This document shows positions 52,812 to 64,000 of a stretch of 64,000 bases of DNA, one piece after another. The stretch is from Eledone cirrhosa. Its lineage: Eukaryota. The position numbers and the translations under genes are program-made. Every line of letters starts with the position of its first letter. Positions within the stretch are counted from its first letter, which is position 1. The notes under the pieces were generated by a model, which ran no database searches, had not been told where the DNA came from, and saw only the letters and a list, made by a program, of their open reading frames with translations. Location: NCBI GenBank assembly GCA_964016885.1, contig OZ024740.1, forward strand, positions 287,556,001-287,620,000, written 5' to 3'.

Positions 52812-53285
52812 TGTATACAGACGTACAGTAGTATGTATATATATATACATACATGCACACATATATATATGCAGGTATGAATTCACCGAACATTTATTAT
52901 AATGCTCGGTGTGTTTGTAAACAAACATCCCGTATTAAGCCGTACAGTGTCAAGCAACCATCGTTGCTCTTTTGTTCAACACTGACAAAGGAACGCTGTA
53001 CTAGTTTCAAGCTTATTAGCTATCGTCAGCAACGTATACCTTCCTGCCAGACCGTGAACGTATATACTTACTTACCTTATGCATATTAACGGCTGAGTAG
53101 CCCAATTTGCATATCGAGTGGGCTGGACACTACGGCTTAATATGGGATGTTTGTTTACAAACAGACCGAGCATTATAATAAATGTTCGGTGAATCCAATC
53201 GTGCATATATATATATGTGTGCATGTATGTATATATATATACATACTACTGTATTCTGTATACATATATGTATGTACGTGTACAT
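52791..53285. repeat. Inverted repeat (~165-bp arms, ~165-bp spacer) in a (TA)n array
   Basis: ATTCACCGAACATTTATTATAATGCTCGG...TATTAAGCCGTA is mirrored at ~53130-53195. Confidence 0.92.
52993..53035 (-). ncRNA. Type I minimal hammerhead ribozyme motif
   Basis: Minus: ACGTTG CTGACGA T AGCT-AATA-AGCT T GAAA CTAG TA CAGCGT; palindromic stem III CUAG; triplet GUA; stem I extends via GGCAGGAAGG/CCTTTGTC. Confidence 0.8.
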
Positions 53286-53347
53286 ACTTATATTTAAGTA
53301 ACAGCCGTACTAAGAGTGGGAAATGAAATTTCGTTTCATTTTTTCCG

Positions 53348-53391
<44 letters not shown>

Positions 53392-53402
53392 ATGTATGTA
53401 TG

Positions 53403-53521
<119 letters not shown>

Positions 53522-53744
53522 GTATGTATATAGAGAGATGACCCCTTAGCCTTTGTCAAGGCAGAATTCTAGGAGAAGGAAAACTCTGATATAACACCTG
53601 CAACCCTGATGGTATCCAATGATGTTGACTTGTTCTTCTTTTTGGTAAATATCATCTTGGTTAAGAGAGTGGGACTGGCTTTGTGCACTGCCTTTGCTCA
53701 CTATAAAAGCTTCACGGCACAGGCATTGCTTTATATCTGGAGAT

Positions 53745-53937
53745 CTCTCTGCACTTGTCGTCACATGGTACCATGGGCCCAGCACTATGTGTCAATAATT
53801 GTCACAAGTGTAGTGTTTGTACCAGAGTTTTCAAGTCGCTGGCTGGACTAAAAAGTCACACTCGTTCAGCGCATCGGTAGAGGTTCTCCTACATGGATAT
53901 AAAGTAGTGGCCGTACTCGAAAACGAGTTGGCAGCCA

Positions 53938-53940
<3 letters not shown>
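53745..53940 (+). mobile_element. RTE (BovB-like) LINE 3' end with C2H2 finger and TA tail
   Basis: CSVCTRVFKSLAGLKSHTRSAH-stop, then a short UTR ending GCCACCA-(TA)n. Confidence 0.6.
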
Positions 53941-53971
<31 letters not shown>

Positions 53972-54089
53972 ATAACGCACTATATATCTCTCTCAACATA
54001 TTATATTTTAAAGGGCTCAGGATCTCTTCCCCTTTGAGCACATTATTTACAGGGAATAACGACGGCCTATGCCTCCGTTAATTTATTGT

Positions 54090-54547
<458 letters not shown>

Positions 54548-54746
54548 TATATTTCGTTTCTGAATTTGTTTAGCAAGACTCTTTATCTGAAAACGTGTGT
54601 TGAAACCGATATTGTTATGCTTTGGGAGGGTCATGTTGCCAATAAGAAACACACGCACCAGTTGCTTTCACTTCAATTTATTATAATAAATTTATAAATT
54701 TCCGGTTGGTTCGTTGGTTCCACAACCAGATGGTTGTTTATATATT

Positions 54747-54789
54747 GTCAAAGTTCTTTCGTCACACATTCTGCGACCTCTTCAGTGAC
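54747..54789 (-). ncRNA. Type I hammerhead ribozyme motif in the Penelope 3' pseudo-LTR
   Basis: Minus: GTCA CTGAAGA G GTCGCA-GAATG-TGTGAC GAAA GAAC TT TGAC; same strand as, and downstream of, the ORF. Confidence 0.82.
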
Positions 54790-55019
54790 TGGGATTCTTT
54801 TCTTTGTTTTTTGTGCCTCTCCTTTCCTTTGTTCTGTCCTACACCATCTTGTTTTTGTGTGTGTGTTGTGTGCTTAGTTTGCGCATGTGTTACATCCGGG
54901 TGTCTGTGTGTGTTTATATTTGTTTATTTATTTGTTTGTTTATTTACATGTTACTGGTTGGTTGTTTGTTTTATGTGCGTGTGTATTTTCATTTTGTCCT
55001 TAATTGTAAGTTGTGATGT

Positions 55020-57218
55020 TGCTGTTCCACTCATGTTTTCTATTTAATTTTGGTTGTAATTCATTTATGTTCATTGCCTCTGATTTGTCTAAACATTGCG
55101 TCTTTTCTGTGTGTAGATTCTATTTTTATTTCTATGTTCTCTAATTTACCCTTATGTTCTATTTTAGCATGTTGGTAGAGTACAGATGATTCTTTACTAT
55201 CTTGAAGGTCTCACCAGTGTTCATTTATCCGTTCCCCTATACTACGAGCTGTCTCACCTATGTACACTATATTTTTATCTCTACATTGTCCTTCAGTACA
55301 TCTTATGCTATATACTACATTTCTAGTTTTACAGTTAATATGGGGGCTTAATTTACAGATTATACATTTCTTATCTATACAGGGAGGTCTTTGAAAAGGG
55401 TATGTCTTGCTAATAAGTGTTTTTATGGAGGTAACTGGTCTTTCTACTATCTTAATATTGAGTTTATGTTTATCTAGGGCCCTTCTAAATTTGTAAGCTA
55501 ATTCACTTCTAGGGGTTGTATCGATGAACATTACACTCTGGTATTTATTGCTATCATACCATGAGTTTATTCTATTAGCCTTATTCCTAGTTCTTTCTAT
55601 TTTATTCCAAAATTTGCTCCTATACAAGGGGCAGGTCCCATTTATGTCATTATTTACCATTTTTTCCCATTTGGTTCTGGCTCCTCTATACACTCTGATT
55701 TTATCTCTCTGATTGTAACCAGAGAACTGCATACGGTGGATGAAGTGTTGTATGTGTCTCTCTAGTTCTTCGGGGTTGCACATGCAAGACACGTTTCTCA
55801 TCACCCGTACCAAATCCGCAATCAGTATGTTTATTTTGGTATGGTCCGAAACAGCTGAGTTTCGGTGGATCAGATATTTGGAAGTCATGGGTTTGGCATA
55901 ATGGGAATGGAGGATTTGTTTTTTGTTATTAATGGTATCTAACCATAACTCTGTGTCTAGTACAGGTAATCGATTGTTGGGGTGTTTGCTTGGGTAGTCT
56001 ATAGTAACTCTAATACTCTGGTGGATGGAGTTAGCTATTTGCTGGATGCTTTCCATTGTGTTTTTCTCCAATTCCTAACTGTTCTCTAGTGGGGGTGTTT
56101 TAACTACGATGTTTATATCATCAACATAGCGGGAGTACATTATCAGGGTTAAGGGGTCTTCTAATTGTTCTTTAAGTTTAAGTTTAAGTCTACTGTCCAG
56201 CCATACCATGAATAGGTTAACTATGTCGCCTGCAATGCTAACACCAATGGCTGCTCCCTCCTCTTGGGCATATGTTTTTCCATTAAATTTGAACATATGT
56301 TCCTTAAGGGTTAATTTTATGCTGGCCCCCACCGCATGTGCAATCATTTTCTTTAGTTCCTCGTGGTTTTCGGGGGTCCGTATGGCTCTGGTCCACCCGT
56401 TCCATCTATCTGTGTGGGTTTTCTTGGCCATTGAGGTAATGGTAGGTGGTCTGCCTCTTACTGGTCTTGTAGGGCACAGGTTGCTAAGGTCATATGTGTC
56501 TAGATAATTATTACTATAGGTAAGTTTAAGTAGGAGTCCCAGCTCACTGGTATCAATCTCACGGAATTCAACATTGCTCTCACTGATCATTTCTACGCAT
56601 TTCTCCACAGCAAAATCCATGTCAATAGATGGATACAGGGACACAACATCCATACTACCTATTATGCAGTTTGTTAGGTCCCTAGATCGGTTACTCTTGC
56701 CAATTCTGCTGAGGAGGCCCTCCGTGCTGTCACATACATCTGGGGACATTTCAATGATGGGGCGTATGATCAGGGAGAGGAAGTAGGACAGTCTGTAGTT
56801 ACTAGCAATGTTAGCTCCACAGACTGGCCGTGTTGGTGGTCCTGTGACAGGGTCACTGCTCGTTTTATGGTCTTTTCGAAGCCCATACAATGCTGGCACG
56901 TCATTGTTCCAGGCCTGGAAGTTGTTGGCAGTCCTTTTGTTGGGCTGCATTATATTTGTCCACATCATCATATGGGCATTGAGGGCTTTTTCTCTATCCT
57001 CATGCTCTTGTGGTGTTACTTCTCTTGTGTTAGTGATGTGGGGTTGCATTGCCTGGATGTAGTTTGGCAGACTGTCAACCGACATTCTGCCAGACTTGTC
57101 TATTGGGAAGCATGCTATCTCTCCATTACGCGAGCGCTGCATGAGCTTACGCAAGCCATTTGCAGATTTTTCTCCCAGTTGCTGGGCCTCCATTCTATTA
57201 TGTTTCTTGCTATACTGT
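55020..57218 (-). pseudogene. Penelope RT-GIY-YIG ORF with in-frame stops
   Basis: ORFs 56075-57193 and 55211-56071 are in the same frame (TAG at 56075-56077); TGA at 55211-55213 is followed by more endonuclease-like sequence (SSVLYQHAKIEH..DAMFRQI). Confidence 0.9.
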
Positions 57219-59245
57219 TATAGCGAGATTACTGGTTGTATGAATGTAACAAAACGAGACAATGTTTGTGTATATAATATTTAATTAACGGTAGATAGAA
57301 TACTTGACATGTCAAAGATAGATGTTAGAATGAAACAAAGTTAGTAGTTACCGTTTTGATTGCCAGGCAAACGCGGCTGGCAGAGGGCGCCTGGCTAAGG
57401 CCAGGCGCCTGTTGGCCAAATTAATGGCAGAGCCAAATGAGAGGCTCTTCGACCTGGTGCCGAAAAGGCAAAGAGAGAGGAAGGAAGCTTAACGTTGTTA
57501 GTTTTATAGGGCTCTGACCGGAAGTTGCAGAAAGGGTTCCACTTCCCGTCTAGATCCTAATCAAAACAAGGGAGACAACCGCTACATAACCTCCCGCCAG
57601 AATTTTAGTGTATAAAAATCGAAATGAAAATATGTAGCAAGTTGGCGAGAATGCTGTAACAGGCATGAAAACTACGACAAAAGAATGTTTGGAAAAATCA
57701 ATGATAGATATCAAGGTAGCCAACCGCTCTTGGCCAGAGAACGACTGGACATCCATCTATCCATCACCCAAAGATACAATGTAATAAAGTAAAAGTAATA
57801 GAAGAGCTCAAAGTTCAAAATATAGTTCACAGGTGTGCAATCACATGACAGCAGGAAAGAAAGTGTGTTCCAGAGAATGAATGCAGGTGGTTTCTGTTCT
57901 GTGGTATATCGTGAAATTTCCAACCTCCGAATGGATTTTCTCACAGGAAGAGTGCTGCAAAAATGAATTCTCTGGCTTTGGTGAAGCTGTATTGATGTAT
58001 TGCTGTTGCTGTTATATTGCTGTTGCTGCTGCTGTTGTCTCGCTGAGTGAGCGTATTCGGTGTTTAAATTCACAGTAGAAAAATTTTTTTTTTAGAAAAA
58101 AATGAGTTGCGCAAAGTGCTAGAAATAGCAGCCGAAGTTGATGGTCGATGTTGAGAATGCGTTGACCTGGAAGGGTCAAGAGGCCAGCGACCAGAGAAAT
58201 AAGCATTCTTAATAAATGCGCGGTTATCAACGGTAAATTTACATTGTAAATTTATAAACCGGCAAATAGAAGAATATAGCTTAAGGCTGAAGAATCCCTG
58301 GTGATAAATGGCGTGCGGCTGTCTGTGAGTAAGAGACATCTCAGTGAATCGAGAATTTATGCTGCCTACACGTGCCAATACAAGGTTGAAAAAAAATATT
58401 TCTAACGCGCGAGAAAATGATAGTGCAATTTTGAAAGTGACAATGATGAAAAAGAAAGGCTTCAATCAGCATAATTATAGGTGTGAACTTTTGGAAAAAA
58501 AAAAAAAAAAAACGATGAACAAAAGGCAATGGTTCATCGAAAATAAATGTTCCTGTTGAAATGTTTTTTAAAGAATATCAAATTTCTTTTTTTTTTTTTT
58601 TGTGTTTTGAAAGTGTTCGTTGTAAGAAACGAGAAACAAATATATATATATTGGTGAAATGCGACAGTTAATTGATGCGTGAGAGAAAAAGTATGTCTGT
58701 GCGAATTCCACATGTGCGTGTGTGCGTGTCCTTGAGTATTTTCATAGTTTGTCGCTAAATTTGCTGTGTATTCGTAATGTTACTCACACAACCAGATGTG
58801 CTATTTTTTTCTTTTTTTGGGGGTGACCACTTATAGCGATGAACAGCTGCGTGTTCGTATCACGTCGGGGTCACCAATATAGCGAGATTACTGGTTGTAT
58901 GAATGTAACAAAACGAGACAATGTTTGTGTATATAATATTTAATTAACGGTAGATAGAATACTTGACATGTCAAAGATAGATGTTAGAATGAAACAAAGT
59001 TAGTAGTTACCGTTTTGATTGCCAGGCAAACGCGGCTGGCAGAGGGCGCCTGGCTAAGGCCAGGCGCCTGTTGGCCAAATTAATGGCAGAGCCAAATGAG
59101 AGGCTCTTCGACCTGGTGCCGAAAAGGCAAAGAGAGAGGAAGGAAGCTTAACGTTGTTAGTTTTATAGGGCTCTGACCGGAAGTTGCAGAAAGGGTTCCA
59201 CTTCCCGTCTAGATCCTAATCAAAACAAGGGAGACAACCGCTACA
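57219..59245 (-). mobile_element. Non-autonomous LTR retroelement (TRIM/LARD-like) with 368-bp LTRs
   Basis: Direct repeats 57219-57586 and 58878-59245 with no difference seen; TSD CTGT (57215-57218, 59246-59249); PBS at 58876-58859; PPT-like GGCGGGAGG next to 57586; 1291-bp interior lacks RT/IN motifs. Confidence 0.93.
58846..58876 (-). promoter_or_regulatory. Extended primer-binding site complementary to the tRNA-Trp 3' end
   Basis: Plus strand GCTGCGTGTTCGTATCACGTCGGGGTCACCA matches metazoan tRNA-Trp nt 46-76 including CCA, with one mismatch. Confidence 0.9.
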
Positions 59246-59454
59246 CTGTTCTAGAACGTTTCGAACTTTCGCAGTTATCCCTTACACCTCTCGCACGCAG
59301 TCTAGTATTGCCTGTGTGAAGTGACTGGGTTTCTGCGTATGCTCGTTCGTATGGTTGTCCTTCCTGTTCATATAACCATGCCCATTCCGAGCTGGGGATC
59401 CGCTAAGGTGAAACAATTGTTCTCCGTATGGAGAACTAACTGCTGTGTAACCAC

Positions 59455-59547
<93 letters not shown>

Positions 59548-59666
59548 GTAATCTGAGTTTTTCGAATATTAATAACATTCGATTTGTTTGCAATTATGCA
59601 AGCAAGCCTCGATTTTATAGCCATGTCAGTAGAATGAACCCTTCATTCTTGCTCTTGTGTTGGCAT

Positions 59667-59732
59667 GTGAACGGAACTGCAGACACTAATGTTTCTGGGT
59701 ATCACCCTTCATCAGTACAGCTCACTGTTCAC
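59667..59732 (-). ncRNA. Type I hammerhead ribozyme motif with extended stem I
   Basis: Minus: GTGAAC AGTG AGCTGTA CTGATGA A GGGT-GAT-ACCC A GAAA CA-TTAG-TG TC TGCAGTT CC GTTCAC; triplet GUC. Confidence 0.82.
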
Positions 59733-59786
59733 CTGCCAAACTGCCAGAGCTATATATATATATATGTACATATATATATGTATATG

Positions 59787-59820
<34 letters not shown>

Positions 59821-59924
59821 TATGTACATATATACATATGTATATGTATATATATGTATATATATGTATATATATATACGTATGTATATATATATATATG
59901 TATGTATATATATATATATGTATG

Positions 59925-59958
<34 letters not shown>

Positions 59959-59986
59959 TATGTATGTATATATATATATGTGTATG

Positions 59987-60610
59987 TATCATCATCATCA
60001 TCATCATCATCAGGTTTAGCGTCCGTGTTCCACGCTTGCATGGGTTTGGACGGGGGTTTTCCCACTTGAGGCAAGAGTGGTTGTCTTGCTCGCATAGGAC
60101 TGTCTGGCGGGTTTTCTACAGCTGGATGCCCTTCCTAACACCAACCACATTTACAGTGTGGGGCTGGGAGGTTTTTACCGTGTTGCCTACACGGCCACAT
60201 TTACAGCGTGGACTGTGTGTTTTTTTGTCGTGACACCTACACGATCTCATTTGTTTCGGCCTGGATGTTGTGGCACCAACATAACTTTACATTGAAAGGG
60301 GCGGTGTGGATGGGGTGGTGGTGGTGGGACCCGGGGGGGTGTATTTTGTTAGAGATGCCTACTGACTGTAGTAGGTTTTACTTTGTAAGGCAGGTCTTCT
60401 CTATTACTGAGTACCGCCAAAGATCTCGGTCCAGTGACATTGTCTTGGAGAGGTGTAAGTGTGTGAGGTCGGAATTTATCAGGTCGTCCCAGGTTTTTCT
60501 GGGTCTGACTACTCCGTGGCTACCGTCTATCTTTATTGCCCTGCACTTTTTTATACAGCTGTCGTCTTTCATGCGCATCACGTGACCATACCAACGTATC
60601 CTTCTCTCAT
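59987..60610 (-). mobile_element. 5'-truncated RTE LINE (C-terminus, UTR, (GAT)n tail)
   Basis: ORF 60378-60581 RMKDDSCIKKCRAI..RPRKTWDDLI; the tail abuts a TA array. Confidence 0.9.
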
Positions 60611-60938
60611 ATGGTGTGTTTAATAAATAAACATTTTAAAAGCCTCAGCTATGAATAGAAGGCTGATGGCCACCACCATCCAGCAGAATCCAGCAAAAGC
60701 AAGGGGGATAATTGTCTATGCATTTCAAACTTAAATGGTTCTCATCAGGACAATGATTCCCTCTGCCTACTACTGGACTTTGAGAGTTTTTTCGCCTGTG
60801 TAAATGGGCTGATTAGCCTCATTTGCATGCAAAGGTGTATAAGTTGGCTCAACTTAAAATAGAATTAGAATTTAGCTTTGACATAACTGTATACATATAT
60901 GTATGTGAATGTACATATATATATATATGTGGTTGGAG

Positions 60939-60972
<34 letters not shown>

Positions 60973-61261
60973 CTATATATATATATACACATATATACAT
61001 ATGTATATGTGTCTGTGCATCCATGTTTGTTTGTGTGTGTGCCTGTGTTTATGTCCTGTAAGTCAGCAGTTCAATAAAAAGATATCAATAGAATAAGCAC
61101 CAGAAAATGTACTGACTAAATAATCAAAGCAGTGCTCCAGCCTGGCCTCATTCTAACAGTTTAAACCAGTCAAAGAATATATATATGGATGTCTGTGTAT
61201 GCAAAAAGCAAACGGAAACAACGAAGAAATATATTAGTTTAATGCTTCTATGGTAGGAAAA

Positions 61262-61300
61262 GAGACTTTATGTTTCAGATAATAGTCCTTCATCAGAATA
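61262..61300 (-). ncRNA. Degenerate hammerhead-like core
   Basis: Minus: CTGATGA AGGACTATTATCT GAAA C-ATAAA-G TC; stem I does not pair. Confidence 0.35.
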
Positions 61301-61492
61301 TAGAATGAGAAATAAAAGATAAAATAGAAAGACAGAGAGTGAGAAGAGGAAGGAAAAGGAAATTTTTTTAAAGAAAAATACATGTGTATTCACTCAGCCG
61401 TTGAGGAGAATATATACACACACGCGCATGTGTGTGTGTGTGTGTATAATACGAATAATAAAATAGAGATGATCTAAAGTAACTATCTTTCA

Positions 61493-61524
<32 letters not shown>

Positions 61525-61583
61525 ATCATCCTTATCACAGTTTAAATGGATGTTAGACGGTGATGATGATGATGATGATGATG

Positions 61584-61618
<35 letters not shown>

Positions 61619-61782
61619 TGCGCGCACAAAATATTTTCTGGCATCATTTGTAAAGAGGCTACTTAGAAAGGCTCATTGTGAGTATTCACTCCATAGCATG
61701 TCTTTTTTAACAACATTGAAACAATCATAAAACAATAGATTAATACTCAATCTTGTTCTCTAATTTTTTCCTTGTTTATTAA

Positions 61783-61833
<51 letters not shown>

Positions 61834-62262
61834 TTCTATAAATGGAAAGTGGGTCATATTTAAAAGATGTGTTGAAAACAAATGTAAAATCTTTTGATTT
61901 AATGAATCTTATTTTTGTTTTTGTTAGACAAGCATGATTTTTAAAAATATAAATGTAATTTCATTATATAAATTAAATCCAAATTTTATTATGCATATAA
62001 TTTACAAAAGTAAATAGACAATAACTATTTCTATTAAATCATGTAATGTTTATGATTTGCAAAAAGAACAAATCAATAAAAAAAAAATTTAAAAAAAAGA
62101 AGAAAATATGCATACCCAATTACAAACTACGACAGGGAATACTGGTGTTTCTCTCTAAAGATTATTGAGAAAAGCCAAGCCACTTATGTCATTACCACCG
62201 GTGATGGTGGGACTAAAGTGCTGAAATAGCCAAGTTTTCTCATGAGCATCACTCAATATTTA

Positions 62263-62464
62263 ACTCGTTAGCATTTACATTACTCTATATACTATTTTCA
62301 TGGTAAAGGCTTTATCTCACATAATATTGAATCTATGAGATTTTGATATTATTTATTTTGAGAACAATACCTTAACATCAGTATGAGCAGCTGGTTACAG
62401 CCAGTTTGAACAGAAAGAGGTGAGAGAATTCTGGCTGGATATGGCTGGTTTAAATGCTAAAGAG
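62263..62464 (-). mobile_element. piggyBac-like MITE copy
   Basis: Reverse-oriented homologue of 12664-12873 with TTAA on both sides. Confidence 0.75.
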
Positions 62465-62664
62465 TTAAGTAAGGCAAGTTATATAGCTGCTTGAAGGTCT
62501 GAAATGCCATAGTCTGAAAAATGTAGTTTACTGATAAATCACAGTGTTTCAGTAGTTTAGTATGTTCAGTTGTAGATGCAGTGATTCCACCTCTATCACA
62601 GCATTTAGGAAGTGAAAAGGAAAAAAAGTGTCAATGCAGTAGCATCCTATATGAGCCTCTAGCC

Positions 62665-63818
62665 CAGAGTTTGCCCAACCTGACCGATATCGCCCACTGG
62701 TGGGCGATTTCAACTATCGGGTGGGCGATTTCAACTATCGAGTGGGCGATTTCAACTATCGGGTGGGCGATTTCAACTATTGGGTGGGCGATTTCAACTA
62801 TCGGGTGGGCGATTTCAACTATTGGGTGGACGATTTCAACTATTGGGTGGGCGATTTCAACTATCAAGTGGGTGATTTCAACTATTGGGTGGGCGATTTC
62901 AACTATTGGGTGGACGATTTCAACTATTGGGTGGGCGATTTCAACTATCGAGTGGGTGATTTCAACTATTGGGTGGGCGATTTCAACTATTGGGTGGGCA
63001 TTTCAACTATCGAGTGGGCGATTTCAACTATTGGGTGGGTGATTTCAACTATTGGGTGGACGATTTCAACTATTGGGTGGACGATTTCAACTATCGAGTG
63101 GGCGATTTCAACTATTGGGTGGGCGATTTCAACTATCAGGTGGGCGATTTCAACTATTGGGTGGGCATTTCAACTATCGAGTGGGCGATTTCAACTATTG
63201 GGTGGGTGATTTCAACTATTGGGTGGACGATTTCAACTATTGGGTGGACGATTTCAACTATCGAGTGGGCGATTTCAACTATCAGGTGGGCGATTTCAAC
63301 TATTGGGTGGGCAATTTCAACTATCGAGTGGGCGATTTCAACTATTGGGTGGGCGATTTCAACTATCAGGTGGGCGATGAACGAATTTTTAGGAAATGGT
63401 GGGTGATCTAAAATTTTGGTAAGTGACAAAGGATTTTCGGTAATTAAGTATGTTATTGATCATATAATGGCCGGTATGCTGTAATCACAGAGCTCGGATT
63501 CGCTCTTCCCTAGTGTGTTTGCACTAGCTGCATCTGAAACAATGAGTGAGTTTGTTGAACATTTAATACATGTATCATTTTTTTATTTTGTTTCATTGAG
63601 AAACATTTAGCAATCAAAAATTTCATTCTTCTGAATAACGTTTCAACTCCGAATCCCCATTTTGCAATATTTCATCTCAATAAATATTTCATTTTTTAAG
63701 CAACCGTTCTGAATAATGCTTTATTTTGGCGTCCTTAAAATTACTGCACAGGTGCGCAATGGGAATTTTTGTGTGTGGAAAAGTGGCCGATAACGACAAA
63801 AAGGTTGGGAACCCCCTG
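62665..63818. mobile_element. Non-autonomous hAT element containing a minisatellite
   Basis: 8-bp TSD CTCTAGCC (62657-62664, 63819-63826); imperfect 17-bp TIRs CAGAGTTTGCCCAACCT / AGGTTGGGAACCCCCTG. Confidence 0.85.
62700..63378. repeat. 21-bp minisatellite (GTGGGCGATTTCAACTATYGG), about 32 units
   Basis: Direct reading; a 20-bp variant recurs at a 167-bp spacing. Confidence 0.95.
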
Positions 63819-64000
63819 CTCTAGCCTAATGGCAAGGGGCAAGGCCATCAGTCTTATCCATTCAACTATCTGGCTGACTCCAGTATTGACTCTGGCTAGG
63901 CTCCATTTTATAATTAGGTTCAATTCGATGTGACCAGCAAAGCAATCTGCATGTATTAAAGATGACAATCCATGAAAACTCATGGAATGAAGGAGCTTGT

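Noticed and set aside
16380-53285. All palindromes being read fold-back artefacts
   Set aside because: Arm mismatches, spacers and a one-arm SINE insertion with TSD argue for real structures; not fully excluded for the near-perfect 16380 and 18061 cases.
55211-55213. Selenocysteine recoding of the in-frame TGA, as reported for some Penelope-like clades
   Set aside because: The TGA is not at an evident conserved Cys position, the other stop is TAG, and the copy is decayed; an ordinary nonsense mutation is simpler.
57550-58559. Protein-coding genes inside the non-autonomous LTR element
   Set aside because: Short ORFs without recognisable gag/pol/env motifs; at most remnants.
58846-58876. tRNA-Trp gene
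   Set aside because: Only the 3' 31 nt are present, including CCA, directly beside an LTR; this is a primer-binding site.
62581-63429. Heptad-repeat ORFs or a CRISPR-like array
   Set aside because: Contiguous 21-bp units with no unique spacers, frameshifting 20-bp variants, and a location inside a hAT element.

Overview
AT-rich, repeat-saturated eukaryotic DNA with no confidently identifiable host protein-coding gene. The repeat mix (long (TA)n/(CA)n arrays, RTE LINEs with (GAT)n tails, tRNA-derived and CORE-type SINEs) resembles a cephalopod/octopus intron or intergenic region; this is inference. The window holds many RTE LINE fragments, degraded R4/Dong, CRE and L1/Tx1 LINEs, Tc1 and mariner fossils, mariner/piggyBac/hAT MITEs, a full-length but decayed Gypsy element (46565-51650), and a Penelope-like element (RT + GIY-YIG, ~54545-59457, minus strand). 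The Penelope element is interrupted by a very young non-coding LTR element with apparently identical LTRs and a 31-nt tRNA-Trp primer imprint. The most striking unannotated signal is a set of about 14 type I hammerhead-ribozyme motifs, read by eye, from several unrelated sequence families. Most sit in fold-back (palindromic) cassettes of 250-900 bp embedded in (TA)n arrays, and one family links directly to the Penelope element's 3' end. All coordinates and pairings were read manually; no searches or folding programs were run.
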